DNA of 64,000 bases from Nitrospirota bacterium. GTDB lineage: Bacteria > Nitrospirota > Thermodesulfovibrionia > Thermodesulfovibrionales > Dissulfurispiraceae. Under the pieces are notes generated by a model. It worked only from the letters and a program-made list of their open reading frames with translations. It was not told the DNA's origin and did not search any database. This document shows positions 1 through 9,658 of this stretch, one piece after another (the first letter of the stretch is position 1; each line of letters opens with the position of its first letter). Position numbers and translations under genes: made by a program. Location of the stretch: NCBI GenBank assembly GCA_963710375.1, contig CAVPZX010000002.1, positions 352,001 through 416,000 of the forward strand, read 5' to 3'.

Positions 1-1
1 C

Positions 2-1270
2 CTCAAATCGAAAGTGAGAATCTACCCTGTAAACCCAAGCTATGAGGCGCTTATGGGAATAAGGGCTTATACGTCAGTCAAAGCTGTAGGAGAGCTTTTT
101 GGTGCCGGCGGTGCTTCGGTTGACCTGGCAATAATTATGAGGCCGGCCTCCGAAGTGCCGGGAATTTTGAGAGAACTGCATCCATGGACAAAAACAGCCG
201 TCATTGTCAGCGCCGGTTTTTCCGAGACAGGACAGGCCGAACTGCAGGATGAGGTGAAAACGATAGGGAAAGAAACAGGTATTCGCCTGCTGGGACCTAA
301 TTGCATTGGCGTGTATAATGCTCACCAAAGGCTTGATACTTTTATATTATCTTACGAGAAACTTAAAAGACCCAAGAAAGGCAATGTTGCCGTGTTGTCC
401 CAAAGCGGCGCGATATTAGCATGTTTTCTTCAGGCGATGCGGGCCTCGAATACCGGCATCTCAAAGGCCGTTGGCTACGGTAATGCCGTTGATATCGACG
501 CATCGGATATTTACGATTACCTTGCCCGGGATCCTCATACCGATATAATTATTTCGTATATCGAGTCATTGGGAGACGGGATAAAATTCATTAAAGCGGC
601 AAGGGCTCTCTCCGAAAAGAAAACCCTTCTAATACTTAAATCAGGCAAGGGTGCCAGCGGCCAGGCTGCCGCTTTTTCACACACAGGCCGGCTTGCGGGA
701 AGGTATGAGGTATTCAGCTCCATCCTAAAACAGTTCGGCATAAAAGAGGCCGTTGATTCCGACGACCTCGTTGATTCTGCAAAAGCGCTTTCCTATCAGA
801 AACCTCTAAATCGCTGGGGTGGACAAAGGGTCTGTATCGTTACCAACGGGGGAGGCTCCGGCGTGCTTGCCTCTGATGAGTGCATGAAGCAGATGCTGGA
901 CGTCGCACGCGTGCGGGAAGAAAAGGTTCAAAGGCTTAGGGAGGTGTTTCCGCCTTTCTATTCAATGAGTAATCCCATCGACCTCACTGCTCAGGTAAAA
1001 AATAGTGATTATGCCGTGGTGCTGGAGACGCTTAAGGATGATTATGACGGATTCCTTATTATTGCTTTGACAGCAGTGACCGGCATCACTGATGCGCTCG
1101 CCGGCATTATAAAGGATTTCAAGGAAACAACGAACAAGCCGGTAGTACTTTACACGGACAGCAACAGTTCTTCACGGTCTATAACAGCACTTTTTGAAAA
1201 GGCCGGGATACCGGTATATCCCTCTCCTGAAAGGGCGGCAAGGGCATTAAAGACGCTCCTGTCAAAATAG
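2..1270 (+). CDS. ADP-forming acyl-CoA synthetase alpha subunit (CoA-binding), 5' partial
   Basis: Motifs GPNCIG, SQSGA, AAFSHTG (phospho-His), TNGGGSG, NPIDL; frame is open to the window start. Confidence 0.88.
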   Translation, partial: LKSKVRIYPVNPSYEALMGIRAYTSVKAVGELFGAGGASVDLAIIMRPASEVPGILRELHPWTKTAVIVSAGFSETGQAELQDEVKTIGKETGIRLLGPNCIGVYNAHQRLDTFILSYEKLKRPKKGNVAVLSQSGAILACFLQAMRASNTGISKAVGYGNAVDIDASDIYDYLARDPHTDIIISYIESLGDGIKFIKAARALSEKKTLLILKSGKGASGQAAAFSHTGRLAGRYEVFSSILKQFGIKEAVDSDDLVDSAKALSYQKPLNRWGGQRVCIVTNGGGSGVLASDECMKQMLDVARVREEKVQRLREVFPPFYSMSNPIDLTAQVKNSDYAVVLETLKDDYDGFLIIALTAVTGITDALAGIIKDFKETTNKPVVLYTDSNSSSRSITALFEKAGIPVYPSPERAARALKTLLSK

Positions 1271-1319
1271 CTTTTCCCCGGCACTTGTGTTATCCTTTTA
1301 TTAAGATATATCCGAATTT

Positions 1320-2210
1320 ATGCAAGCTTATCAATCAAAAATGGATAGGGAAGGAAGCCAAATAAAAGTGAATGATTCTTTGCGGTTGTTTGTCCAGAAA
1401 ATCACAAAGCTGCCGACCATCCCCGTGGTCGCCCACGAAATAATAAGTATAACCAACGATGATCTTGCCTCGGTAGATAAATTGGAAAAGATCGTGAGCA
1501 AGGACCCGGCCATTTCTGCCAAAATTGTGGGATTATCCAACGCAGCCTTTTTCGGATACCAGATGCCCCATGCAGACGTAGCGAGTGCAATACAGAAAAT
1601 AGGGTTCACCAATGTAAGAAATATAGCACTGGGCATATCATTAATGACAATCTTTGGCGACGATCATCTCAAGCTCGCCTACGATTATGGCAGGCTTTAT
1701 AGGCACTCCATTGCAACAGGACTTGTTGCATTACGGTTGGCCAGGAACCTTAAGATCAAGACAGATGATGATCTTTTTGTAAGCGGCATGCTCCACGATC
1801 TCGGACTGCTTTTACTTAACAGTTGTTTCCCCGACCTTTACAGCAAATCAGCAGAAACCGCACGGGAGTGTAAAAACCTTCTCGAAGCTGAAACACTCGT
1901 ATTAGGATTTACCCACGCCGATATAGGAGGATGGATAGCCGAAACATGGAACTTACCGGACGCCATGCACGAAGTCATAATGTACCATCACTCTCCCTCC
2001 GATGCCAGAAAGTACAAAGCAACCGTTGCCCTTATTCACCTGGCCGACTATATTACATGTAAGCGGTTCTTTTCTATGACTGAGCAAAACGTCTATTGCC
2101 CACTGGACCCCCTTGCTCTCTTTCTGCTTAACATGCCGGACAAACATTTTGGCGATATATCGTCGGGCATTCCTGACAGTATGTTTGAGGACGGAATAAT
2201 CGAACCATGA
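1320..2210 (+). CDS. HDOD domain signalling protein
   Basis: LPTIP...DPAISAKI..LSNAAFFG, GMLHDLG, HADIG..W.LP, YHH pattern. Confidence 0.9.
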   Translation: MQAYQSKMDREGSQIKVNDSLRLFVQKITKLPTIPVVAHEIISITNDDLASVDKLEKIVSKDPAISAKIVGLSNAAFFGYQMPHADVASAIQKIGFTNVRNIALGISLMTIFGDDHLKLAYDYGRLYRHSIATGLVALRLARNLKIKTDDDLFVSGMLHDLGLLLLNSCFPDLYSKSAETARECKNLLEAETLVLGFTHADIGGWIAETWNLPDAMHEVIMYHHSPSDARKYKATVALIHLADYITCKRFFSMTEQNVYCPLDPLALFLLNMPDKHFGDISSGIPDSMFEDGIIEP

Positions 2211-3544
2211 GCAAGCCGACTTTTTTCGATTGGCTGCAGAGGTTCCTCTCAGGAGACGGCCATCCCCCTGTTTCCTTTGAAGGTCTCTCATCAGCCGAGG
2301 TCTCCATGGCGAAACAGATCGAGAACGAATTCAGGAAAACCAACACCTTCAACCAATATTCCAAGGCATTCTTGCAGACACTCGACAGCTCCGAGCGGTT
2401 TTCCGAACTTGCAATACGGACGCTTTCTGCATTAATTAAAATGGGGCAGATGGGAGAAACGGTCAGTGATGTAGATATTTTTTGCAGGCATATGGCAGAA
2501 ATCTTTACCCGTGAATTAGGGTTTGAAAACTGCTTGATACTGCTGAAACATCCCGATACCGGTCAGCTGAGAATGGAGGCATGCAGTACCAAGGGAAATA
2601 CTTATCCGGTATCAGGGAAGCAGAAGAAAACATACAAGACAATGCTCATTGAAGATATAGCTCTCAAGGTTGCCAGTTCCGGTGAATACATATATATCCC
2701 GGATGTCACGTGTGACGAAAGGTGCGCCAAAACAGGCTGCTGGAGCATAGGAGTTACATCGCTGCTGTCGGCCCCAATCAAAAGCGGAAGCAACATAATC
2801 GGGGTCATTAACTGCGGCCATCCCATTAGGGAGACATTCGATGAAAACAAGATCAACCTCATCGTTCTCCTTGCAAATTTTGCCGGACAGATAATATCAC
2901 TTATTGGTCTCCAAAACAGGATGTCCTCATGGAACGAGGCATTGCAGGAAGAGGTGCAGAAAAAAACCGCGGAATTGCAGAGAAAAAATGCAAAACTCAG
3001 CAAACTTGCAGTCACGGATACACTGACAAATCTTTACAACCGGCGCTTTTTCTTTGCCCGGCTTGAGGAGGAATTTTCAAGAACGCTCAGATATAATGAA
3101 CAATTCGCCCTGTTCTCGATGGACCTGGATAACCTGAAGGTCATCAACGACACCTACGGACATGTTACGGGTGACAGCGTAATCCGGAACATCTCCAAAT
3201 GCCTGAAACGCTCTGTCAGAAAAGGCGATGTTATGGGGAGACTCGGTGGTGACGAGTTCGGTTATATAATGCTCAGCGCCGATGAGGAAGCCGCCTACCA
3301 GTTCGGGCTGCGCCTGCAGCAGTCCCTCGCACGGATCGCCTTCAAGGGGATAGAAAACAAGCCAACCCTCAGCATCGGTATTGCAGCAGTCAACGGCAAT
3401 AAGTTTAAAAAATTCCAGGACACCTATATTGCTGCCGATGAGGCCCTATATGATGCGAAAAAGAAGAAAAACTGCGTCAGCATTTTCGGCAAAACAAAAC
3501 ATCAAAAGACAGGCAATAGGCAAAGGGCAAAAGGCCAAAGGTAA
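2207..3544 (+). CDS. GAF-GGDEF diguanylate cyclase
   Basis: GAF-like segment, TDTLTNLYNRR, RKGD I-site 5 aa before an intact GGDEF; ATGA overlap with the HDOD gene. Confidence 0.92.
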   Translation: MSKPTFFDWLQRFLSGDGHPPVSFEGLSSAEVSMAKQIENEFRKTNTFNQYSKAFLQTLDSSERFSELAIRTLSALIKMGQMGETVSDVDIFCRHMAEIFTRELGFENCLILLKHPDTGQLRMEACSTKGNTYPVSGKQKKTYKTMLIEDIALKVASSGEYIYIPDVTCDERCAKTGCWSIGVTSLLSAPIKSGSNIIGVINCGHPIRETFDENKINLIVLLANFAGQIISLIGLQNRMSSWNEALQEEVQKKTAELQRKNAKLSKLAVTDTLTNLYNRRFFFARLEEEFSRTLRYNEQFALFSMDLDNLKVINDTYGHVTGDSVIRNISKCLKRSVRKGDVMGRLGGDEFGYIMLSADEEAAYQFGLRLQQSLARIAFKGIENKPTLSIGIAAVNGNKFKKFQDTYIAADEALYDAKKKKNCVSIFGKTKHQKTGNRQRAKGQR

Positions 3545-3632
3545 AAAACAGAACACAGACAGGCTTTTTATTATATTTCGTGCTTTTATTAAACCTTTAG
3601 CCATTTGCCATTTGCCTTTCGCCTGTCTTTTG
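3503..3632. repeat. Palindromic element of tandem heptamers (AGGCAAA-like / TTTGCCA-like)
   Basis: Left arm aggcaat aggcaaa gggcaaa aggccaa; right arm ttagcca tttgcca tttgcct ttcgcct; outer caaaagac/gtcttttg pair. Confidence 0.8.
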
Positions 3633-3660
3633 CTTATAGCCTGTTTTTATTGGAGGCACT

Positions 3661-4272
3661 TTGCTCGAACATGAAGCAAAAGCGTTCCTGAAGGAAATGG
3701 GTTTGCCGGTACCTCGCGGCACATTCTTCAAACCCGGCTCAGTACCGTCTTCTGCCGGTATGATGTATCCCCTTGCGGCAAAGGTTTCATCCGAACATAT
3801 CATATCAAAAAGCGATGTCCGCGGCGTGAGAATGGGGATCACCAATGAGGAAGAACTGAAACAGGCGATTGCCGGGCTTATGGAGATACCGGGTGCAGAA
3901 GGGGTGCTGGTGGAGGAAATGGCACCGCGCGGCGTCGAAGTCATAATCGGAGGAATCATCGACCCGCAGTTCGGGCCTGTCATGATGTTCGGCCTCGGCG
4001 GCGTTTATGTGGAGTTGTTCAAAGACGTCGCTTTCGGGCTGGCCCCGCTTGATGAAAAAGACGCCCTGTGGCTTATATCACAGATAAAAGGCCGCATACT
4101 TTTAGAAGGCTACAGGGGAAGCCCGCCTTCGGATACCAGCGCAGTCGTCGGCATTCTGATTACCATTTCCAAGCTGATGACAGAAGGCCGCATAAGAGAA
4201 ATCGACCTAAATCCTGTCGCCGTCTATCAGGCCGGGGCACTGATTCTTGATGTGAAGATGTCCCTTTTCTGA
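3661..4272 (+). CDS. ADP-forming acyl-CoA synthetase beta subunit (ATP-grasp)
   Basis: LEHEAK, KSDVRGV, DPQFGP..MFGLGG..VE, EIDLNPV; GGAGG RBS before TTG. Confidence 0.88.
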   Translation: MLEHEAKAFLKEMGLPVPRGTFFKPGSVPSSAGMMYPLAAKVSSEHIISKSDVRGVRMGITNEEELKQAIAGLMEIPGAEGVLVEEMAPRGVEVIIGGIIDPQFGPVMMFGLGGVYVELFKDVAFGLAPLDEKDALWLISQIKGRILLEGYRGSPPSDTSAVVGILITISKLMTEGRIREIDLNPVAVYQAGALILDVKMSLF

Positions 4273-4279
4273 GTTGAGA

Positions 4280-4951
4280 TTACTCTAAATTATCGAAAAC
4301 AACCGGTATCTTTTCCTGAAAGCCTTTCAACATATCCATAGCCAGAAACCTTATCTGCGGATGAGCTCTAAGGGATGCCCGCAGTTTAAAAAAATGTCTC
4401 CACTCTCTAAGATTGGCTGTCATCACAAGCTCTGTTTTCAGGGAATTAGGCAACACAGCCCTGGCCTCCTGAGGCGATTGCCCGGCTTTAAGCAGTCCAA
4501 AGTAAGCCTTTTCGATCTGTTCACACGTCGATTTCCATAGCGCATATTGGGCATGCCTTTTTAGCCCGTCCTGGTCTTCATCAGTCCGGGTTAAGTTACC
4601 TTCTGTAATTCCTATGAACCATACCGGCAGAATAACCGTTATCTCGTTTCCGAATTTATCATGGGAATAATTACAATACCGGGTACTCTCCTGGCTGTAA
4701 CTGGCTATTCTATGCCTGACGATCTCGTGCGTAACTCCCCTGTCCGTAATTATTTTGACCGTGATATTGTGATGTTCTATTACAGAATGATGCCCTGCTT
4801 TAATAACACCGGATACAAACTTTATTGCCGAATCGTCAGTTGACTTGTCTTCAGACTTATAGCATGTTCTGCCGGCGGCCTCTATTTTTTTTAGGATGGC
4901 AATGCCATCAACATCCTCTTCAAAGTGCCACGATTGTTCGACTATTTTCAT
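4280..4951 (-). CDS. thyX: FAD-dependent thymidylate synthase
   Basis: RHRIASYSQESTRY motif, GHHSVIEH. Confidence 0.95.
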   Translation of the reverse strand: MKIVEQSWHFEEDVDGIAILKKIEAAGRTCYKSEDKSTDDSAIKFVSGVIKAGHHSVIEHHNITVKIITDRGVTHEIVRHRIASYSQESTRYCNYSHDKFGNEITVILPVWFIGITEGNLTRTDEDQDGLKRHAQYALWKSTCEQIEKAYFGLLKAGQSPQEARAVLPNSLKTELVMTANLREWRHFFKLRASLRAHPQIRFLAMDMLKGFQEKIPVVFDNLE

Positions 4952-4985
4952 AATCGCCGATCCTCCATTTTCAGGTTCTTTTGTC

Positions 4986-6101
4986 CTACCTGCCCATTAT
5001 CTGCATGTATTTTGCAATGCCGTTCCGCGTAATCAACCCCGTTATGCTGCCGTCCTTAACCACTGCCAGCCTACCCTGATCCTGATTTATCATAAGTTCA
5101 AGCGCCTTCATGGCATCGCTGTTCTGATCGATCTCCCAGTTTTTATCATAAGGGACAAAAACTTCAACCGCTTTTTTGTCCTTCCAATGGGCCCTCGGTA
5201 TCCCCCGTATCTCCTTCAGTGATATAAACCCCAGGAACCGCTCGCGATCGACCACCGGGAATCCCCCATATCCGTATCGCAGGAAATAGTCATTGACTGC
5301 CTGATCGAGCGTTAAATCGGCGTCAATTGTAATAATATCCCGCACCATAATATCTTTCACCTTGACACCGCTCAGGCTCTCCTGAAGACTCACCTGCTGA
5401 TAACTGACATGGGCCGAATTGTAAAGAAACCACCCGATGAGCATAAGCCACAAACCGCCGGACATCCCCGCAAATATTAAGAAAAATCCTAAGAAAATAA
5501 TCAGCAGTGCGCACTTTTGCCCATACAAAGCGGCCTTGCGTGTAGCATAGAAAAAATCTTTGGTTTTGTTCCACAAGAACGCCCTCACTACCCTTCCCCC
5601 GTCCATTGGAAATCCGGGAATCAAATTAAAGATACCTAGCATTAAGTTCAGTTGGGCAAGATAAGTGAAAAGCGCCCCGACCACCCCGCTGTCTGCCATC
5701 AGGTAAGCCATAAAAAAAACAAGTGCGAGCAAGAGGCTCGACAGCGGCCCTGCAATCGCTATGGCGAACTCCGCCCTGGGATTCGGGGGCTCACCCTTCA
5801 TCTGAGATATGCCGCCGAAGATGAACAGCGTAATGCCGGATATAGGCAATTTGTACCTGCCTGCAATAAAAGAATGAGACAGTTCATGAATCGCTACCGA
5901 GACGAAAAGCAGCAGTGCGGCTAAAGCGCCGCTGACCCAATAAGACCGCATAGTCAACGAGGGTGCTGCTTTCGGGAAATAGAATGTTGAAAGAGACCAG
6001 GTAATGATGCCGAAGACGATAAGCCAGGAAAAATGCACCCTTATCGGGATGCCCATAATTGTTGCTATCTTAAGCGAGCCGGACTGCAAAGGGGCATTCA
6101 T
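4986..6101 (-). CDS. Site-2 protease (M50) with CBS domains
   Basis: HELSH, NLIPGFPMDGGR, C-terminal CBS pair. Confidence 0.92.
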   Translation of the reverse strand: MNAPLQSGSLKIATIMGIPIRVHFSWLIVFGIITWSLSTFYFPKAAPSLTMRSYWVSGALAALLLFVSVAIHELSHSFIAGRYKLPISGITLFIFGGISQMKGEPPNPRAEFAIAIAGPLSSLLLALVFFMAYLMADSGVVGALFTYLAQLNLMLGIFNLIPGFPMDGGRVVRAFLWNKTKDFFYATRKAALYGQKCALLIIFLGFFLIFAGMSGGLWLMLIGWFLYNSAHVSYQQVSLQESLSGVKVKDIMVRDIITIDADLTLDQAVNDYFLRYGYGGFPVVDRERFLGFISLKEIRGIPRAHWKDKKAVEVFVPYDKNWEIDQNSDAMKALELMINQDQGRLAVVKDGSITGLITRNGIAKYMQIMGR

Positions 6102-6159
6102 TAATTACATCTCCCTTGTTCACGTTATTATAGCAGATGACAGGCGCAGGGAAAAGGCG

Positions 6160-6189
6160 TTGACGCTGTCATCATTACTTTGATATGAT
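6160..6189 (+). promoter_or_regulatory. Putative sigma70 promoter
   Basis: TTGACG-N18-TATGAT with TG extended -10, upstream of the 6217 ORF. Confidence 0.5.
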
Positions 6190-6216
6190 TTCTTATCTTT
6201 TGGACTAATAATTGTC

Positions 6217-6789
6217 ATGCACTTATTTACTGAATCCTTTTTCAATCGTTCCTATAACAGGAGGCTTTTTATAAAAGCCTCCATCATCGGCTTGTCTTCG
6301 TTATTTTGCAGACCTGCTCCTTGCATTGCAAGAGAGAAATTACCGGAAGGGAAGCTCACGCTTTTTAATGTTCATACTAATGACAAACTTTCCGTAACCT
6401 ACAGGAACGCTTACGGGGAATATGACACTGAAGCACTAAAGGCTCTTAACTGGATACTGAGGTGCCACTATTCCGGACAGGCAATAGATATAGACACTCA
6501 TGTAATCGAGTTCGTAAATCTAACGGACAAACAGCTTGGAGGCAATAACGAGATCCATATAATATCCGGCTATAGATCGCCGCAGTATAATGAACTCCTG
6601 ATGGGTGAGGGCAGGCATGTAGTTAAGAATAGCCTCCATATTGTGGGAAAGGCAATTGATATAAGAATACCGCGCGTTGCTCTTTCCAGGGTCAGGGATG
6701 TGGCCCTCGATTTGAGGTTAGGTGGAGTAGGCTATTATAGGCATTCGGATTTTGTTCACCTTGATTGTGGCAGATTCAGAACCTGGTGA
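6217..6789 (+). CDS. YcbK/DUF882 family peptidase M15A-like protein, Tat signal
   Basis: NRRLFIK twin-arginine, ISGYRSP, SLH..GKAIDI, GGVGYY..S.FVHLD. Confidence 0.9.
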   Translation: MHLFTESFFNRSYNRRLFIKASIIGLSSLFCRPAPCIAREKLPEGKLTLFNVHTNDKLSVTYRNAYGEYDTEALKALNWILRCHYSGQAIDIDTHVIEFVNLTDKQLGGNNEIHIISGYRSPQYNELLMGEGRHVVKNSLHIVGKAIDIRIPRVALSRVRDVALDLRLGGVGYYRHSDFVHLDCGRFRTW

Positions 6790-7751
6790 ACATTGACGGT
6801 TTCGTAAAAAGTCCATATGCTGCGTTACGCTGCATACTTAGTCACTCGCACCCCAAAAGACTTTGGCTTTTGGGGACCCCGTGCGGCGTACACAAAGTAC
6901 GCCTCATTCCTAAGTACTTGCGCGCCTTGCCTATGAACTTTTTACGAAACCGTCTTTTTTTATGCTTGTTGATTGTCCTCCTTTACATGCAAATGGTCGG
7001 TAGTCCCGATGTTTATGCCAAAGTTGTTCCTTCTCTTTGCAAGATCGTACATCCCAGCGACAGCAGCATTGAGAGTGAATGCAGACGCTTGAAGAGAGGG
7101 GAAACACTGGAAAGCCTTTTTGGCGACAGATGGGTAGACGTTGCCAGGTTTAACAGGATCGACAGACGTCATATTTATCCCGGTGTTCATATAAAAGTTC
7201 CTAAAAAATTAGACGATATTGTCAATTTCACACCAATGCCCAAGTTTTATCAGCCCGCCGAGCTGGATCCTAAATTTATACTTATAGACCTGTCCGAGCA
7301 ATTTCTCGGTGCTTATGAATATGGGCAATTGGTATTCTCAGCCCCCATTACATCAGGGGAGGAAGACAAAGAAACACCTGCCGGGCAATTCGCATTTTCC
7401 GCCTTTGACAGCCGGCATGTATCCTCGCTTTATTATGTCGAGAATACTACCAAGCTATATCCGATACATTACGGACTCCGGTTTTATATAAATAAACTGG
7501 GAGTTGCATTCTGGATTCATGGCAGGGATGTTCCCGGTTTTCCAGGATCGCATGGCTGTATCGGCCTTTATGACGAAGAAATGCAGAAACAATATTATGG
7601 TTATCCCGGGAAACCTTTGCTCGAAGATGCAAAGACTCTTTTTGAGTGGGTCATTACCCCGCTGTCCGATGATGGGAAATATCATAATATAAAGGGTCCC
7701 GCAGTTTTAATCACCGGGCATGCTCCTGCACTTATAACCAGGAAGCATTAA
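6786..7751 (+). CDS. L,D-transpeptidase (YkuD-like) with LysM-like domain; 5' end carries an in-frame MITE-like insertion
   Basis: IHG.......SHGCI catalytic motif, LysM-like GETLESL..RFNRI; GTG at 6786 overlaps the upstream TGA, alternative ATG at 6933. Confidence 0.85.
   Translation: MNIDGFVKSPYAALRCILSHSHPKRLWLLGTPCGVHKVRLIPKYLRALPMNFLRNRLFLCLLIVLLYMQMVGSPDVYAKVVPSLCKIVHPSDSSIESECRRLKRGETLESLFGDRWVDVARFNRIDRRHIYPGVHIKVPKKLDDIVNFTPMPKFYQPAELDPKFILIDLSEQFLGAYEYGQLVFSAPITSGEEDKETPAGQFAFSAFDSRHVSSLYYVENTTKLYPIHYGLRFYINKLGVAFWIHGRDVPGFPGSHGCIGLYDEEMQKQYYGYPGKPLLEDAKTLFEWVITPLSDDGKYHNIKGPAVLITGHAPALITRKH
6795..6954. mobile_element. MITE-like element with perfect 18-bp terminal inverted repeats
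   Basis: GACGGTTTCGTAAAAAGT (6795-6812) and ACTTTTTACGAAACCGTC (6937-6954); internal hairpins at 6851-6875 and 6885-6903. Confidence 0.8.
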
Positions 7752-7755
7752 TTTC

Positions 7756-8868
7756 TCAGCGGATTGGTTGGTATCCCCCCGGGACCCCCTTTTTGGAGAG
7801 TACAATCTGCCAAACCTGCAAACAGCGTGCGCGGAATGACCCTGCACAGCTCAACAGGTAATATTTCCACATCCGATAAAAGCGGTCGGAGTACTGATTT
7901 TTCAGTGCATCCCAATTCCTGTTAAAGTTGTTGAACCATGAGATAAGGGTGGGGTCGTAATAAGCACCAAAATTGTGCAAATCTTCAATGATAAATATCT
8001 TTTCCATTGAAGCGCTGATCTGCTTCAGAGAGGGGATTAGCGAGTTGGGGAAGATATATTTATCACACCAGGGCTCTGCGGCAATATTCGAGTGACTGTC
8101 GCCAATAGTATGCAGCAGGAAAAGCCCGTCATCGCTCAGGCACTTACAGGCAGTTTCCATATAAGTATGGTGGTTCTTGTATCCTACATGTTCGAACATT
8201 CCGACAGAAACAATATGGTCGAACTTTTCATCAAGTTCGCGATAGTCCTGCAGCCTAATTTCAACAGGCAGCCCTGTGCATATCTCCTTTGCAAGTAATG
8301 CCTGTTTTTCCGAGACCGTTATGCCGACTGCTTTGACTCCATATTTCTCTGCTGCATATTTTACAAAACTCCCCCATCCACAGCCTATGTCAAGAATTCT
8401 GTCGCCGGGTTGTAGATCGAGTTTTCTGCATATCAGGTCCAGCTTGGCTTCCTGAGCTTCATCAAGATTGTTGGCGTCTTGCCAGTAGCCGCAGCTGTAG
8501 GTCATCCTCTTGTCGAGCATATTCTGATAAAGGTCATTTCCGATATCATAATGCCTTTCCCCGATCTGAAAGGCCCTTGATTTGCTGCTAACATTAAGAA
8601 GCGCTGCACGAAGGAGCAATGTCCAGTTCTTCTTAACCTTGTCCTCGGCATTGGAGCACATAAGCCTGCAGAAAAAATCATCAAGATTTTCGCAGTCCCA
8701 CCATCCCTCCATGTATGATTCTCCAAGCCCCAGGCTGCCGTCGGTGGTGACCCGTTTATAGAACCTTTCGTCTTTGATACGAATGTCAATGGGATTCGTG
8801 CCGTTTATAGAGATACCTGCAGCAGACAATATTTCTTCAATGGATTGTTTTAATGAGCAAGTCACCAT
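7756..8868 (-). CDS. cfa: Cyclopropane fatty acyl phospholipid synthase
   Basis: HYDIGNDLY, MTYSCGYW, LDIGCGWG, SVGMFEHVG. Confidence 0.95.
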   Translation of the reverse strand: MVTCSLKQSIEEILSAAGISINGTNPIDIRIKDERFYKRVTTDGSLGLGESYMEGWWDCENLDDFFCRLMCSNAEDKVKKNWTLLLRAALLNVSSKSRAFQIGERHYDIGNDLYQNMLDKRMTYSCGYWQDANNLDEAQEAKLDLICRKLDLQPGDRILDIGCGWGSFVKYAAEKYGVKAVGITVSEKQALLAKEICTGLPVEIRLQDYRELDEKFDHIVSVGMFEHVGYKNHHTYMETACKCLSDDGLFLLHTIGDSHSNIAAEPWCDKYIFPNSLIPSLKQISASMEKIFIIEDLHNFGAYYDPTLISWFNNFNRNWDALKNQYSDRFYRMWKYYLLSCAGSFRARCLQVWQIVLSKKGVPGGYQPIR

Positions 8869-9073
8869 CTGTTCAGCTCATGTAACCACTATTCCTGCGC
8901 TTTGGTTCATAAACAGGGCCTTTAACTGCCGTTAGTCGTTCAATCCACACTCAAGCCCTTATAGAAATGTTAGCAAATTTTCTGCAGAAGTCAAACAATC
9001 GGTAGTGGGTTGTCAATCGGTAGTGGGTAATAAGGAAGGCAGGAGAAGTGGAAGCAATTCCGGATCCCTTCCA

Positions 9074-9658
9074 TTAAAGTTTCCCTTTTGTGGTCGGCAA
9101 CCCCTTCATCCTCGGGTCAGAAGAGACCGCCTCGCTCAATGCCTTTCCGAAAGCCTTGAATATGGCCTCAAGAATATGGTGGAGGTCCCTTCCGTAATCA
9201 ACTATGATATGGAGGTTTATCATGGCATGGTTGCTGAGTGACCTGAAAAAGTCTTCGAAAAGAGAGAACTCCAGACCCCGCGCTGCGCCTTTTGGAAGAT
9301 TTACCTTGTATACCAGGTAGGGTCTGCCGCTCAAATCTACCACCACCCTCGCAAGGCTCTCGTCCATCGGAATCGTCGCGCTGCCATACCGCCTGATCCC
9401 TTTTTTATCTCCAAGCGCCTTTTTTATTGCCTCGCCGAATGTTATGCCAAGGTCTTCCATGAGGTGGTGATAGTCAACCTCAATATCGCCGGTAGCCCTG
9501 ACGCGCAGGTCCATAAGACCATGGAATGCGAACAGGCTCAGCATATGATCAAGAAAAGGGATAGAGGTATCTATGGCTGTAGTGCCTTTCCCACCAAACG
9601 TGAGTTTAATGGCTATGTCAGTTTCTTTGGTCTTCCTTTCTATCTCCGCAGTATGCAT
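9074..9658 (-). CDS. hisB: Imidazoleglycerol-phosphate dehydratase
   Basis: RKTKETDI, DYHHLMED, PMDE, HHILEA.FK. Confidence 0.96.
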   Translation of the reverse strand: MHTAEIERKTKETDIAIKLTFGGKGTTAIDTSIPFLDHMLSLFAFHGLMDLRVRATGDIEVDYHHLMEDLGITFGEAIKKALGDKKGIRRYGSATIPMDESLARVVVDLSGRPYLVYKVNLPKGAARGLEFSLFEDFFRSLSNHAMINLHIIVDYGRDLHHILEAIFKAFGKALSEAVSSDPRMKGLPTTKGKL

